From NCBI RefSeq assembly GCF_006345805.1, contig NC_043003.1, forward strand, positions 18,352,001 to 18,416,000: DNA of 64,000 nucleotides. The letters are read 5' to 3'. The first letter of the stretch is position 1. Each line of letters begins with the position of its first letter. Both the position numbers and the translations under genes were made by a program. The DNA is from Octopus sinensis (lineage: Eukaryota). Below are positions 1 through 12,587 of the stretch, in pieces. Under the pieces are notes generated by a model. That model saw only the letters and a list, made by a program, of their open reading frames with translations, searched no databases and was not told where the DNA came from.

Positions 1-113
1 TATATATATGTATGTATATATATATATATATAGTATGTATGTGTGTATATATATATATATGTATGTATTATATATATATATGTGTATGTATATATAATAT
101 GTATATATATATG

Positions 114-160
<47 letters not shown>

Positions 161-241
161 ATTATATATATATATATATATATAGTATGTATGTATAATA
201 TATATATAATATATATGTGTGTATATATATATATATAGTAG

Positions 242-297
<56 letters not shown>

Positions 298-302
298 GTA
301 TG

Positions 303-372
<70 letters not shown>

Positions 373-616
373 ATGTGTATAATATATATGTATATATATA
401 TGTGTATTATGTGAAATAGAAAGATGAATAATCTTGTAGCAGATTAATCAAATTTTAACCGATACCTTGGTAGCAAAAATCACAGCAGAAGACCGCACGG
501 TTGGAGGTAAACCATATGGTGTTGCAACCGTGCGTTGTGCGGATAATTGAAATTAAAATATTATTGGTGAATTGAAGAAATGGAGCTGAACGAAGATTGA
601 ACAGAAATCGTTTTAT

Positions 617-700
617 TTCATTCTACACGTTCGAAAGGCACAATTTACCAAAATCCGATTGAATAATGAGACCATATTGTGTCTTTCTCTTCAGGAAGAA
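617..700 (-). ncRNA. Type I hammerhead ribozyme motif, one core A missing
   Basis: Minus strand: UUC-CUGAAGA-GAAAGACACAAU...AUUGUGCCUUUC-GAA-CGUG-UA-GAA. Stem II is 55 nt with complementary arms. Confidence 0.7.
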
Positions 701-1043
701 ATAGGAAATCCGTTGGAAAAAACAAAAACAGAACAGAGGCGGAGCAAAACAAATCGAACTAGGCTCCTAAGAGCCCATGGCAAAACTCTGTGTATATATA
801 TATATATATGTGTATATATATATATATATGTATATATATATGTGTATATATATATGTATATATGTATATATATATGTGATATATATATGTATATATATAT
901 ATGTATGTATATATATATATATATGTATATAGTGTATATTAAATATATATAAATATATATATATATAAAACTATATATATATGTATGTATATATATATAT
1001 ATATGTATGTATATATATATGTATGATATATATATATATCTAT

Positions 1044-1083
<40 letters not shown>

Positions 1084-1206
1084 GTATGTATGTATATATA
1101 TATATGTATATATATATATATAATATATATATATATTATATAATACATATAATATATATATATATATACATATAGATATATATATATATACATACATATA
1201 TATATA

Positions 1207-1244
1207 TCTTTCTGTTGAAGAGCGTAGGCTCGAAACGTTAAAGA
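1207..1244 (+). ncRNA. Minimal type I hammerhead motif with variant core CUGUUGA
   Basis: UCUUU-CUGUUGA-A-GAGC GUAG GCUC-GAAA-CG-UU-AAAGA. A second, deleted copy lies at 53309-53340. Confidence 0.65.
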
Positions 1245-1393
1245 CTTGTTTTATTTATATTTCCTGAGCGCCATACTAATACAATTGTTCGTTTGTTTTC
1301 CACCTGCCTTTGTCTTTTGTCTATTTCATAAAGCTTCCCGTTATATATATATAATACATATATATATATATATATACATACATATATATATAT

Positions 1394-1457
<64 letters not shown>

Positions 1458-2118
1458 TATATATATGTAAATGTCAAACAATGAAGAACAAGTGCTCAAC
1501 ACTGCATTGGTGGATTCGTTTGTGTATTAAGGCTACCATTGGTTTCATGTTAAGAAAATATCTAAATATCTTAACAATTTTTCAAATCAGTCACATGGAG
1601 GAATTGGGATTCATCAGTTCCCACATGTGATCAGCTTGAAAAATTGGTAAGACTTTAAGATATTTTTTAACATGAAACCAATGGTAACCTTAATACAAAT
1701 ATATATGTTAATATTATTATTATACATGGGTATTTGTAAACAATTTTTTCCACCTTGTAAAGGTAATATTACCCAATTTTCCTACTGTTTTAATGACTAT
1801 ACTGCATTCAAATATATCACTTTCTCATCTGTATCATATGATACACATTTGGTGCTTCTAAAACACAAATATTAGTTTGTTTATATGCACACACATGATT
1901 GTTATATATTTAAATATATATATATAAATCAACTTGGATGAGATTATGTTTAGTGTTGTGATAAATTTACATGAATTTCTGTTAATATCCTCAATGTTAT
2001 TTTCAGCAAAGTGAGATATCATACATTAATACAAGACCATTTACTAGTGCTCAAAATGGTCTCACATTTCTATATAATTAATTAATTAGTTAAGTGTTCT
2101 TTTTAAGATTGGATCACA

Positions 2119-2330
2119 ACTCTTTACTCTCTTACTTGTTTCAGTCATTTGACTGTTGCCATGCTGGAGCAGCACCTTTAGTCGAGCAAATCGACCCCAG
2201 GACTTATTCTTTGTTAGCCTAGTACTTATTCTATCGGACTCTCTTGCTGAACCACTAAGTTACAGAGACGTAAACACACCAGCATTGGTTCTCAAGCAAT
2301 GTTTGGGGGACAAACACAGACACACAAAAC

Positions 2331-2378
<48 letters not shown>

Positions 2379-2561
2379 TATATATCTATATATACACGAT
2401 GGGCTTCTTTCAGTTTCTGTCAACCAAATCCACTCACAAGGCTTTGGTCAGACCAAGGCTATAGTAGAAGACACTTTCCCAAGGTGCCACACTGTGGGAC
2501 TAAACCCGGAACCATGTGGTTGGTAAGCAAGCTACTAACCACACAGCCACTCCTATGCCTA
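2119..2561 (-). mobile_element. tRNA-derived SINE, family A (internal TA microsatellite, GTAAAAGA tail)
   Basis: Box A/B-like head GGCTGTGTGGT...GGTTC, GGCACCTTGGGCAAGTG-type core and TGACTGAAACAAGTAA tail. More than 10 copies in the window. Confidence 0.9.
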
Positions 2562-3017
2562 TCTTTTCACTTTTTTTACATAACTTCTCTACCTCTGGAC
2601 TCAGTTTTGTTTGTTTGTCTAATCCTTACAGTTTTAGCAAAGAATATTTGTCATTGTTAATTAACAGAGCTATTCTCCATCAAAATGGTTCTTTCAAAGC
2701 TATAAGCTGACAAATACCTGATGAATTTGAAATGCATTTCAACCATGACTACCCTGAATAAAGACATGGTGGCCATTGATATGGAATATCATTTTCTAAG
2801 ATTTGGAAGTTTAAAATGTGTGATCTCTGTTTTACAATAGCCAAGAACTTTATTGAGGGAGATTTCACTAACTCATTGAACAGATCAAGCAACTCTGTCC
2901 AAATTGTCTTGTAAGTTCAATACGTACCAATAAAACAGTTATGATTCCATCAAGTATGGTCTCCTTCTTTTACCAAAGAAAATTGGTCTTGATTCACTTC
3001 AAAAAAAACGCCGCCGC

Positions 3018-3094
<77 letters not shown>

Positions 3095-3126
3095 TATATA
3101 TATTATATATATATATATATACAGAA

Positions 3127-3442
3127 TATACATAAATATAAGAGAGTTAACGTTAAGTGGCTAACTCTAGTGCTAGAAATAGCTCATTGGGTCTGATAAA
3201 TTGTATCGAGGACAAATACTGCTGATGAATTATAGACAAATATATGAGTATAATTGCATATTATGTTGATAAAGAAACAATTGTTCAGTATTAATCTATC
3301 TTTTCGTTGTATTTCGCTTCCCTTACGTTGAAGGTAATGTTATTTCTTCTGTGGAAACAATCTTTGGTGGCTATACCAGAATAAGGAGCTATTTCTAGCA
3401 CTAGAGTTAGCCACTTAACGTTGACTCTTATATTTATGTATA
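3127..3442. repeat. About 58-bp inverted repeats enclosing a hammerhead motif
   Basis: 3127-3185 is the near-perfect reverse complement of 3386-3442. Confidence 0.9.
3215..3292 (+). ncRNA. Type I hammerhead ribozyme motif
   Basis: AAUACUG-CUGAUGA-(45-nt stem II)-GAAA-CAAUUG-UU-CAGUAUU. Perfect 7-bp stem I, palindromic stem III, GUU site. The first stem II pair is an A-A mismatch. Confidence 0.82.
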
Positions 3443-3620
3443 AATTTGTACTGTATCCCTGGTTTCTATGTGCTAGGCCACTTGGTGTTAAACTGAGGGT
3501 ATTATTAAATTAATATCTAATTTTTCACCCTCATTTATGAATTTATATATACAGATATATATATATATATATATCAATGTATGTATTTGCCTGTAAATAT
3601 ATATCTTTGTGTGTGCATAT

Positions 3621-4044
3621 ATATATATATTTGTATGATTTGTATGTATAATTATTTCTTGAAGTATGTGTGCGAGTGTGTGTGTAAATAAAAATACATA
3701 CATTTATTGAAATATATGAAACAACATATATACATGTGTATATGTAAACAAATTTATCCTTGTGTATGTACATATGTGTGTATATAGTGTTTATGGAAAG
3801 TTTTGTTGTATGTATGTATGTATGTATGTATGTATATACACACACACACATGCATGTATATATATACATATATATATATACATGTATATATATATATAAT
3901 GTATATATTATATACATACATGTATATATATAATTATTTCCTATATATTATTACAAGTATGCACATATATATATATACACACACACATTTATATATACAT
4001 ACACACACATATATAAATTATTTCCTATATATTATTACATGTAA

Positions 4045-4085
<41 letters not shown>

Positions 4086-4625
4086 TTTATATACATATAT
4101 ATGTATATACATATACACATACATATGTATGTACATGTATATATATATAATGTATATATTATATACATACATGTATATATATAATTATTTCCTATATATT
4201 ATTACAAGTATGCACATATATATATATATATGTGTGTGTATATATATATATATGTACACGTTCATGTGTATATGTACATACGTGTATATATGTATTTCCA
4301 TGTATGTTTATATATATATATATATGTACACGTTCATGTGTATATGTACATACGTGTATATATGTATTTCCATGTATGTTTATATATATATATATGTATG
4401 TATATTGTATGTATATATATATATATTTGTATGATTTGTATGTATAATTATTTCTTGAAGTATGTGTGCGAGTGTGTGTGTAAATAAAAATACATACATT
4501 TATTGAAATATATGAAACAACATATATACATGTGTATATGTAAACAAATTTATCCTTGTGTATGTACATATGTGTGTATATAGTGTTTATGGAAAGTTTT
4601 GTTGTATGTATGTATGTATGTATGT
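3621..4625. repeat. About 200-bp direct duplication within low-complexity DNA
   Basis: 3621-3830 recurs at about 4418-4625 (TTTGTATGATTTG...GGAAAGTTTTGTTG). Confidence 0.9.
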
Positions 4626-4773
4626 ATGTATGTATGTATGTATGTATGTATGTATGTATGTATGTATGTATGTATGTATGTATGTATGTATGTATGTATG
4701 TATGTATGTATGTATGTATATATATATATTGTATGTATATATATGTATGTATATATATATATGTATATATGTG

Positions 4774-4815
<42 letters not shown>

Positions 4816-4856
4816 ATATATATAAGTGTGTGTATATATATGAGTGTATATGAATA

Positions 4857-4900
<44 letters not shown>

Positions 4901-4948
4901 CATATATATATGTGTGTGTGTTTGTATATATATATGTATGCATGTATG

Positions 4949-4983
<35 letters not shown>

Positions 4984-5637
4984 TATATAATGTCTGTCCT
5001 GCAATTGTTGTGAGGCTAATTAACCAGTTGGATAATTCTACAAATATGTTGTATTAATTTTACTTTCTTTTCATTCTAAACACTATATTGACTTTATTGA
5101 CTTTTTTTTTTTTTTTACTACTATGTACACTCAGAAATTTTTCTTTATTGACCCTCAAAAAGGGACACCAAATACATAAATCTATTGGAATGTCAAAAAA
5201 AGAAAAAAAAACCACAGCGATTAATCGTGTCCCACTCAATTCGAAAATGCGTCTTAAATTATTAACCAATATATGACTTTCTTTTTTATTAAATAAATTT
5301 TGTATTTCAACTATTGCGTGAAATATATTCTTTATTTTATATTTCTACCTATAAACATTAACATTTTGCTTCCATTTTATTTCCATGCCTGCATCAGTTG
5401 GTTAAGTCTTTACCAACACAGCGTCTTTGCATTTATCATCATCTTCAGTATGGTTCAGCCTCTTAAATTCAACATATGTCACTCCTTCCTATGTCTTCTT
5501 TCCAGTTCCTTCCTCTTGGATTACTTAGCACTTTTCTGACTTAACTGTCAATGGTTTTTACACTTCATACACATGTTTTCTCTACCAATCCACATTTCTA
5601 TCTTACAGGTAACAACAATATATATATGTGCAAATTT

Positions 5638-6582
5638 GCATGACACCCATATCTGCCATGACTGTGATTTTGCTCGGCTTGATGGGTCTTCTTCTCAAGG
5701 ATGACATAATGCATGACACCCATATCTGCCATGACTGTGATTTTGCTCGGCTTGATGGGTCTTCTTCTCAAGGATGACATAATGCATGACACCCATATCT
5801 GCCATGACTGTGATTTTGCTCGGCTTGATGGGTCTTCTTCTCAAGGATGACATAATGCATGACACCCATATTGCCATGACTGTGATTTTGCTCGGCTTGA
5901 TGGGTCTTCTTCTCAAGGATGACATAATGCATGACACCCATATCTGCCATGACTGTGATTTTGCTCGGCTTGATGGGTCTTCTTCTCAAGGATGACATAA
6001 TGCATGACACCCATATCTGCCATGACTGTGATTTTGCTCGGCTTGATGGGTCTTCTTCTCAAGGATGACATAATGCATGACACCCATATTGCCATGACTG
6101 TGATTTTGCTCGGCTTGATGGGTCTTCTTCTCAGGATGACATAATGCATGACACCCATATCTGCCATGACTGTGATTTTGCTCGGCTTGATGGGTCTTCT
6201 TCTCAAGGATGACATAATGCATGACACCCATATCTGCCATGACTGTGATTTTGCTCGGCTTGATGGGTCTTCTTCTCAAGGATGACATAATGCATGACAC
6301 CCATATCTGCCATGACTGTGATTTTGCTCGGCTTGATGGGTCTTCTTCTCAAGGATGACATAATGCATGACACCATATCTGCCATGACTGTGATTTTGCT
6401 CGGCTTGATGGGTCTTCTTCTCAAGGATGACATAATGCATGACACCCATATCTGCCATGACTGTGATTTTGCTCGGCTTGATGGGTCTTCTTCTCAAGGA
6501 TGACATAATGCATGACACCCATATCTGCCATGACTGTGATTTTGCTCGGCTTGATGGGTCTTCTTCTCAAGGATGACATAAT
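5638..6582. repeat. Minisatellite, 13 x 73 bp, derived from an interspersed retroelement segment
   Basis: Unit GCATGACACCCATATCTGCC...CAAGGATGACATAAT. Four units have 1-nt deletions and there are no spacers. Similar single-copy sequence occurs near 10710-10810 and 18700. Confidence 0.97.
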
Positions 6583-6955
6583 GCCAGAGGTCTTGGTCAT
6601 TGCCTCAGCGAGGTCCAGCACTCGAAGGAAACTCAGCCACACTATTTTAGATGTATTTTTTGTTCATTTATTTTTAATACAAAAGAATAAAAATACAACA
6701 TTGTTAGAAATATGTTGATATCTGAACAAGAAACATAATGCAACAACAAACAAAAAGAAAGAAAGCACAAAAACTGAAATGAAAAAAAATATTCTTTTAT
6801 TTTTATTTATTTAATTTTTTTACTAATTTCTGAGACTGCTGGTTCAAGAAAAGCATCTGGCTTTAGAAAATCTGCCTCAACATCAACAAATTCCATCTCG
6901 CCCATGCAAACATAGAAAAGGGGACATTAAAATGACAATGACAACAAGAATAATA

Positions 6956-6987
<32 letters not shown>

Positions 6988-7799
6988 GGTGAACATGATA
7001 ATATGAGAGGAGCAGGTAGAAATCATTGGTGAAGGTCAGATTTATGATATAATAAGAAGTGAGTATTAATAAAAGGTAAAAGAAAGAAGATAGTTCAAAT
7101 ACACAAATACATGCATGCATGCAATTATTGATACCCTACAAAGCTTAGGTGTGATCCCCACAATGGAGTAATGCCTTCACACCTGGGATGGTGCTGCTGC
7201 TAGGATGGTGCACTGCACACACAGGCAAGAGACTGTATCCAGAAAAGGCCCACCTAATTGATTTGCATAATGTCAATCACAGACATATTCCCAGCTTACA
7301 GGTTATCATATTAAATTATTGTCTCCTCCCTGCATTTTCTATATCAACTATAAAGTCCGGCTCATCAGATCACGTCGCATTCATTCTACCCCCACTCAGG
7401 CATTCCTTATCATACTTACCTCTCCTTCTCCCATCAACCTTTCTTGTCTCCAACTCCCTGAGGCTTTAAACTAATCTCTATACCACCTGTAAGTAGGTTA
7501 AAATTATACCTACTGAAATTCATTTTCATTCTTCTCCACCCAGATCCAGATGGGACTCTTTTTAGCTTCTTCATCATCTAACATGCACACACACACACAC
7601 ACCCATTTATATTATTCTTCAACAAGAACAGTATCGATAGTAACTTTGAAATGTCAACCTGTAAAACCATCATCAGACTGTGGTACATTTGAGTTAATCT
7701 TGACTTTATATGGTCTCTGTTAAGTTAAAATTTACTGGGGTGGGTCAAACTCTGTTGAATGATTATTAGTAAATGTATAATGGAAGGTATTTTTGAGGG

Positions 7800-8560
7800 A
7801 AAGGTATTATAGAAGATTTTCTATTGATTAAATTTGGAGTTGTGTTCAGAATTCAGTCATGCTTGAAGAACTTTGTAATCAGGTGTATCTATTTAGGTGT
7901 GTCAGCTACAGGTCTTAGGGTTATTTTTTAGGGGCTCTCAAAAGAATGTAGATAGCTGAAGAGGTTAGTTGATCAACAGATGTGTAATTAAGTTTAGTTG
8001 TTGTTCATTCAACCTTTTGTTTTTGGAATGTAAAGGATTTAGTTTAGAATTCAGTTCAGCACTTAAACCATTGTAATTTTGTTTATTTAGGTGAGTCAGC
8101 TTTTTGGTCATGGAATTTTTTAGGGTCCACAAAAGAATGTAAGTAGGTGGAAAGATTAGTTGGTCAGCAGATTTCTTTATTTGTTGTTAGTATTATTTAG
8201 GAGATTTAAATTGTTTGTTTTGGAGAGGTGGAGGTTATCAGTCAAGTATGTAAAACTCTTTGACTAGATGTGTTGATTTAGGTGTGTCGATTTAGGTCAC
8301 AGCATTAGTACAGAAATTTGCTTATCTTGCGCTTTAATGTTCATAAAAGGATATAGGTAAATATAAAGGTTAATTGGTCAGCAGATTTCTCATTAAGAAT
8401 AAATTGTTATTTGATTGCTGTTTAGAAAATTTAGTGTTTGTGTTTTAGGGAAGAAAAGTTTCTGTGCTGTTTTTATAAATATTTTTTTCTCTTGAGTGTA
8501 AAGTGGAGGTATTTTGTAATATGTTATTTTAGACCTGTGGATATAAGTAGTGTGGGGCAT
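7800..8560. repeat. Degenerate tandem repeat of about 195 bp (GT-rich plus strand)
   Basis: ATTTAGGTGWGTC recurs at about 7891, 8085 and 8276. TTGRTCARCAGAT recurs at about 7969, 8160 and 8374. Confidence 0.7.
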
Positions 8561-8590
8561 TTTAAAAACGTGTGCATATAATATATTTAA

Positions 8591-8912
8591 AAGACTCCGC
8601 CGGTTACGACGACAAGGGTCCCAGCTGATACGATCAACGGAACAGCTTGCTCGTGAAATTAACGTGCAAATGGCTGAGCATTCCACAGACATGTGTACCC
8701 TTAACGTAGTTCTCGGGGATAATCAGCGTGACACAGAGAATGACAAGGCTGACCCTTTGAAATACAAGTACAACTGATTTTTGCCAGCTGAGTGGACTGG
8801 AGCAACGTGAAATAAAGTGTCTTGCTCAAGGACACAACGCGTCGCCGGGAATCAAACTCACAACCTTACGATCATGAGCCGAATGCCCTAACCACTAAGC
8901 CACGCGCCCTCA
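8591..8912 (-). mobile_element. tRNA-derived SINE, family C
   Basis: tRNA-like head (reverse complement GGCGCGTGGCTTAGTGGTTAGGG...GTTTGATTCC), flanked by a CATATAATATAT duplication. Relatives at 15629, 19078, 19350, 35566 and 50620. Confidence 0.88.
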
Positions 8913-9965
8913 CATATAATATATAAAGCCAAGATGAACTCAGGTGTACCACAATCCAATGATGGCTTAGCAGATTGAAACTTCAAGGTCCCTGTCAATA
9001 CTATTCTTGTTAATAAATAATAAATATAAATTATAAAAAAATTATTCAGTAATTCTTTAGTTTAATGTAAAATTGTTTTTATTCTAACTCAACATAAAAC
9101 AAACATTGGTGTATGTATATGTGTATGTGTGTCTGTGATTGTCCTCCCCCACCAACAGCGCTTGACAATTCTATCGGCAAAAGAGACTGATAGAATAAGT
9201 ACTAGGCTTACAAAGAATAAGCCCTGGGGTCGATTTCTTCGACTAAAGGCGGTGCTCCAGCATGGCCGCAGTCAAATGACTGAAACAAGTAAAAGAGTAA
9301 AAAGAGTATACACACACAAACAGCTACAAGCTTAGTTGTGTGGTTAAGAAGCACAATTTGCAATCACATGATTTCAGGTGCAGTCACACTGCACAGCACC
9401 TTGGGCAAGAGCCGTCTACAATAGTCCGGAGTTGCCTAATTTGGCTGATGGAAACTGTGTAGAAGCCTATCGTGTGTGTGTGTGTGATCCTGTAACTTAG
9501 CCATTCAAGGAAAGACACCAAAATGTAAGTACTGTGGTTAATTTGCTTGACTAAACACCTCAAAGCAGTACCCCAGAAAGGCTGCAGTCCAATGACTGAA
9601 ATAAGTAAAAACAAAACAATTTATATACATGCACAGAATATACATACAGATATATATATATATATATAAATAAGTAAATATATATACAAACAAATAAATA
9701 AATTATATGTATGTGTATGCATACATTCGCTGCTTTCTTCCAAGGAATTTAGTACTCTTAGCTTAGTTTTTCCTTAGGGCTGGCCAGATTGGAGCAATCT
9801 CGAGTATAATCAACCGAAATTGCGAAGATAATCTGGTACTCGACTGAAGAAAGAAAACTTCGAATGACCCGTCCTTGTTTTCTTTGTATCGTCTATCTGG
9901 ATGTTTTGTTGTCCCATTTTTGTATCACCTAACTGTCCGGATGTTTTGGTTCTTGTCCCATTTTG

Positions 9966-10004
<39 letters not shown>

Positions 10005-10108
10005 GAATTGATATAAGCAGCCAGGTGCAAGGTGATACCATAAAGGAAAAATTCAATCATCACTAAGAGTGCTGAAGCACATTGCTACCTACATGAACAT
10101 GTCAAGGA

Positions 10109-10160
10109 TCAACCAGACTAGGCCTAGCTTTGTATATACCGTAGACATCATCAGTGGTGA
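10109..10160 (-). ncRNA. Degenerate type I hammerhead motif
   Basis: UCACCA-CUGAUGA-(16 nt)-AAAG-CUAGGCCUAG-UC-UGGUUGA. GAAA is mutated, stem III is palindromic, GUC site. Confidence 0.55.
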
Positions 10161-10645
10161 CCGCTTTTATATATATATGTATATATATATATATAAAATT
10201 AAATAAATTTTAAATAAAAATGTTCTCTAACTGGTAAATTGGTTGCTGAAATTTATTAACTGCAGAATAATTTCCGGCCTCAGCATGCCAAAGTGAAGGC
10301 ATTTGAAAGAATACACCCAAAAATAGTTTGTAGAACTTTATACATGCTCGATTTCAGTTGAGTGTTCTGTATCTAGTTCTGGAAATTGTGTTTTGTAAGC
10401 GACAGACTACACTGACGATCTTGCAGATATCTGCATGTTTGCATACGTAGATATTAACAAGTAAAACCAATGGTACATAGGTAATCGTTTTTTATTTCGA
10501 ATATTTTCATTTGTCTTGCTCATTTTTACATTTTGGCTTTTTGTGAGATTTTTTTCTTGAGAACTCATTCTTCATGGTAATGGCAATTTGACATCTATGT
10601 TTAGCATATAGAGTGTCCACTTTAGGAGTCAATCCTCTTAATTTC

Positions 10646-10679
<34 letters not shown>

Positions 10680-11135
10680 GTACCTTTTATGTGTAACCAG
10701 CACTGGTCACAACGATTTCACTTGGCTTCACATATTTTCTCAAGTACAGCAAATCGCCAAATGTCTCAATCACTTGTCATCACCTCCATGAGATGCAACA
10801 TCCGAAAACCATGCTTTACCACCTCATTCCATGTTTTCTTGGGTCTACCTCTTCCACAGGTTCTCTCTGCATCATATATATATATATATACTGCCCTCTG
10901 TTCTCTCAGCCTTAGATATATAAGGGATTTGATAAACTAGTCTATAAATTAAAACTGACCCCATAAAATCAAAAAAATCAGTGACAGGCAGAGTCTTCTT
11001 GATAATTTTAGTAACTTCTAAGCTGAAGTAGAGACAACATGTTCTTTGTCGATCTCCTTAACTTCTTGGAGATTTTAGGTATAATTATACTAATGTGTCC
11101 ATCTGTTCTAATTTAATTAAATTCTATGTCTTTGC

Positions 11136-11221
11136 GCGGCTGAAGATTGCTTTGCATTTTAAATTGATGTAATGATTGCATTGTTTAAATTAAATGGAGT
11201 TGCATGAAACGACCGTACTGC
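11136..11221 (+). ncRNA. Type I hammerhead ribozyme motif
   Basis: GCGG-CUGAAGA-UUGC...(59 nt)...GCAU-GAAA-CGACCG-UA-CUGC. GUA site, with a U-U first pair in stem II. Confidence 0.75.
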
Positions 11222-11253
11222 ATTACCTCTGGATATCCTTGTTGCTTATTTTG

Positions 11254-11294
<41 letters not shown>

Positions 11295-11306
11295 GTTCTG
11301 ACTTAC

Positions 11307-11348
11307 ACTTATTGAATCAACTATGAAACTTCCATGCGGTTTCTCAAC
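11307..11348 (-). other. Candidate 42-nt exon
   Basis: tatttcttgcag|GTTGAG...ATAAGT|gtaagt. The only open frame reads VEKPHGSFIVDSIS. Confidence 0.55.
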
Positions 11349-11498
11349 CTGCAAGAAATAGCAGTAACATGTTCCTACAACCCACCAATCTTCAAAATCT
11401 CTTTGAAAAAAATGTAAAGGACACATTGCATAATGTAATCCTAGATAGACTACATTCAAAAGAAAGGCTATAATACCTTCCATCACGAAGCTACTGAC

Positions 11499-11689
11499 CT
11501 GGGATAAACCAAGGCAACTGGACATCTCTCTCTCTCTCTGGTGGATTTTTCACAATTGATTGAATGCAGTCAGATTGTAATCACGGATCTTGGGAAATCC
11601 ACGAGTTAACATGACGTGTGATCTTCCCATGAGCCATGATTGCAATCAGCGTTAGGCTCCAACGTTGGTTTTGCTCTTGTTGGTCATCA
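11499..11689 (-). other. Candidate 191-nt exon
   Basis: tttttgtttttatttttgtag|TGATG...CCCAG|gtcagt, followed by a 150-nt intron to the next candidate exon. Confidence 0.5.
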
Positions 11690-12431
11690 CTACAAAAATA
11701 AAAACAAAAATTTTGAAAGATTCACTGGTTTAGGTAGGCGGTTTGTAGCCAAGCTATTATCATAGTTAACCATCAATCCTAGCATGAAAATCCATTCTTG
11801 AATTAGACATAATCATCATAATCATCATTCTAATTATTGACATCATCATCATTATCATTGTCATCATTACCACTATCATCATCACCATTACCATTGTCAT
11901 CATCACAATCATCATAATCATCATTATTGCCAAAATCATCATTGTCATAATCATCATCATCATCCTCAACATTATCATTGTTCGTCATCATCAGCATTGC
12001 CACCGTCATTGTTGTCGTGATGATCATCATCACCATCATTATTTTCATGTTTGTTATTTTTCTATGCTGGCATGGATCAGACAAGACTTGATGACATGGT
12101 ATTCTTACAGCCAGATGCCTGTCTATGGATGACATCAGCTAACAAACGCTCACCTCAGGTTAGGTTTTTGATCAACACTGGTTATCCCAAGTGTTGGATG
12201 AATATCCTGTCATGGAGACATCAAGGCAACTTTGTATTTGTTTATTAGACGCCTGCTCGAGACTCCAAATGAATAACACTATTGTAGTATGATACAGAAT
12301 GCTGTGCGTGACTTTTACCTGAGAATGTACCTTAAGAATGTAAAATATTTATAAAACAAAGCTATGTAGGCCTATAGGCCAACTTACGACCAGTCAGTTG
12401 GAATCAATTGTGATCGTAGGTCGATAATGAC

Positions 12432-12472
<41 letters not shown>

Positions 12473-12504
12473 AATATAATATGTGACAATTATTTGGTAG
12501 CCAT

Positions 12505-12565
12505 GATAAAACTCTGAGTTTCGGATGCCGAGGTGGAAACCCTTGCTGCAATCTCTTCAGTTATC
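12505..12565 (-). ncRNA. Type I hammerhead ribozyme, complete core
   Basis: GAUAA-CUGAAGA-GAUUGC...GGCAUCC-GAAA-CUC A GAG-UU-UUAUC. Confidence 0.85.
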
Positions 12566-12587
12566 CGGCCATTGAAAAAATGCTATC

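Larger units (their letters stand above)
1..1466. repeat. (TA)n/(TATG)n microsatellite field interrupted by two short mobile modules
   Basis: Near-pure TA runs at 1-412, 790-1206 and 1342-1466. They explain the YIYI ORFs. Confidence 0.97.

Noticed and set aside
2719-2745. CTGATGA-ATTT-GAAA-TGCA-TT hammerhead-like string
   Set aside because: Stem II is only 4 nt and there is no stem I pairing.
2841-2910. Possible plus-strand exon (AG...GTAAGT)
   Set aside because: Isolated, weak acceptor, and no recognisable peptide.
217-5057. Many YIYI/MYVC ORFs (also near 20 kb, 36.7 kb, 44 kb and 63 kb)
   Set aside because: They are translations of microsatellites.
5638-6582. CRISPR array or repeat-protein gene
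   Set aside because: Contiguous identical units with no spacers. The 73-bp period shifts the frame, and the context is eukaryotic.
9838-9877. CTGAAGA-AAG AAAA CTT-CGAA...GTC in a repeat shared with 37725-37860
   Set aside because: No GAAA and no stem I pairing. At best a highly decayed motif.
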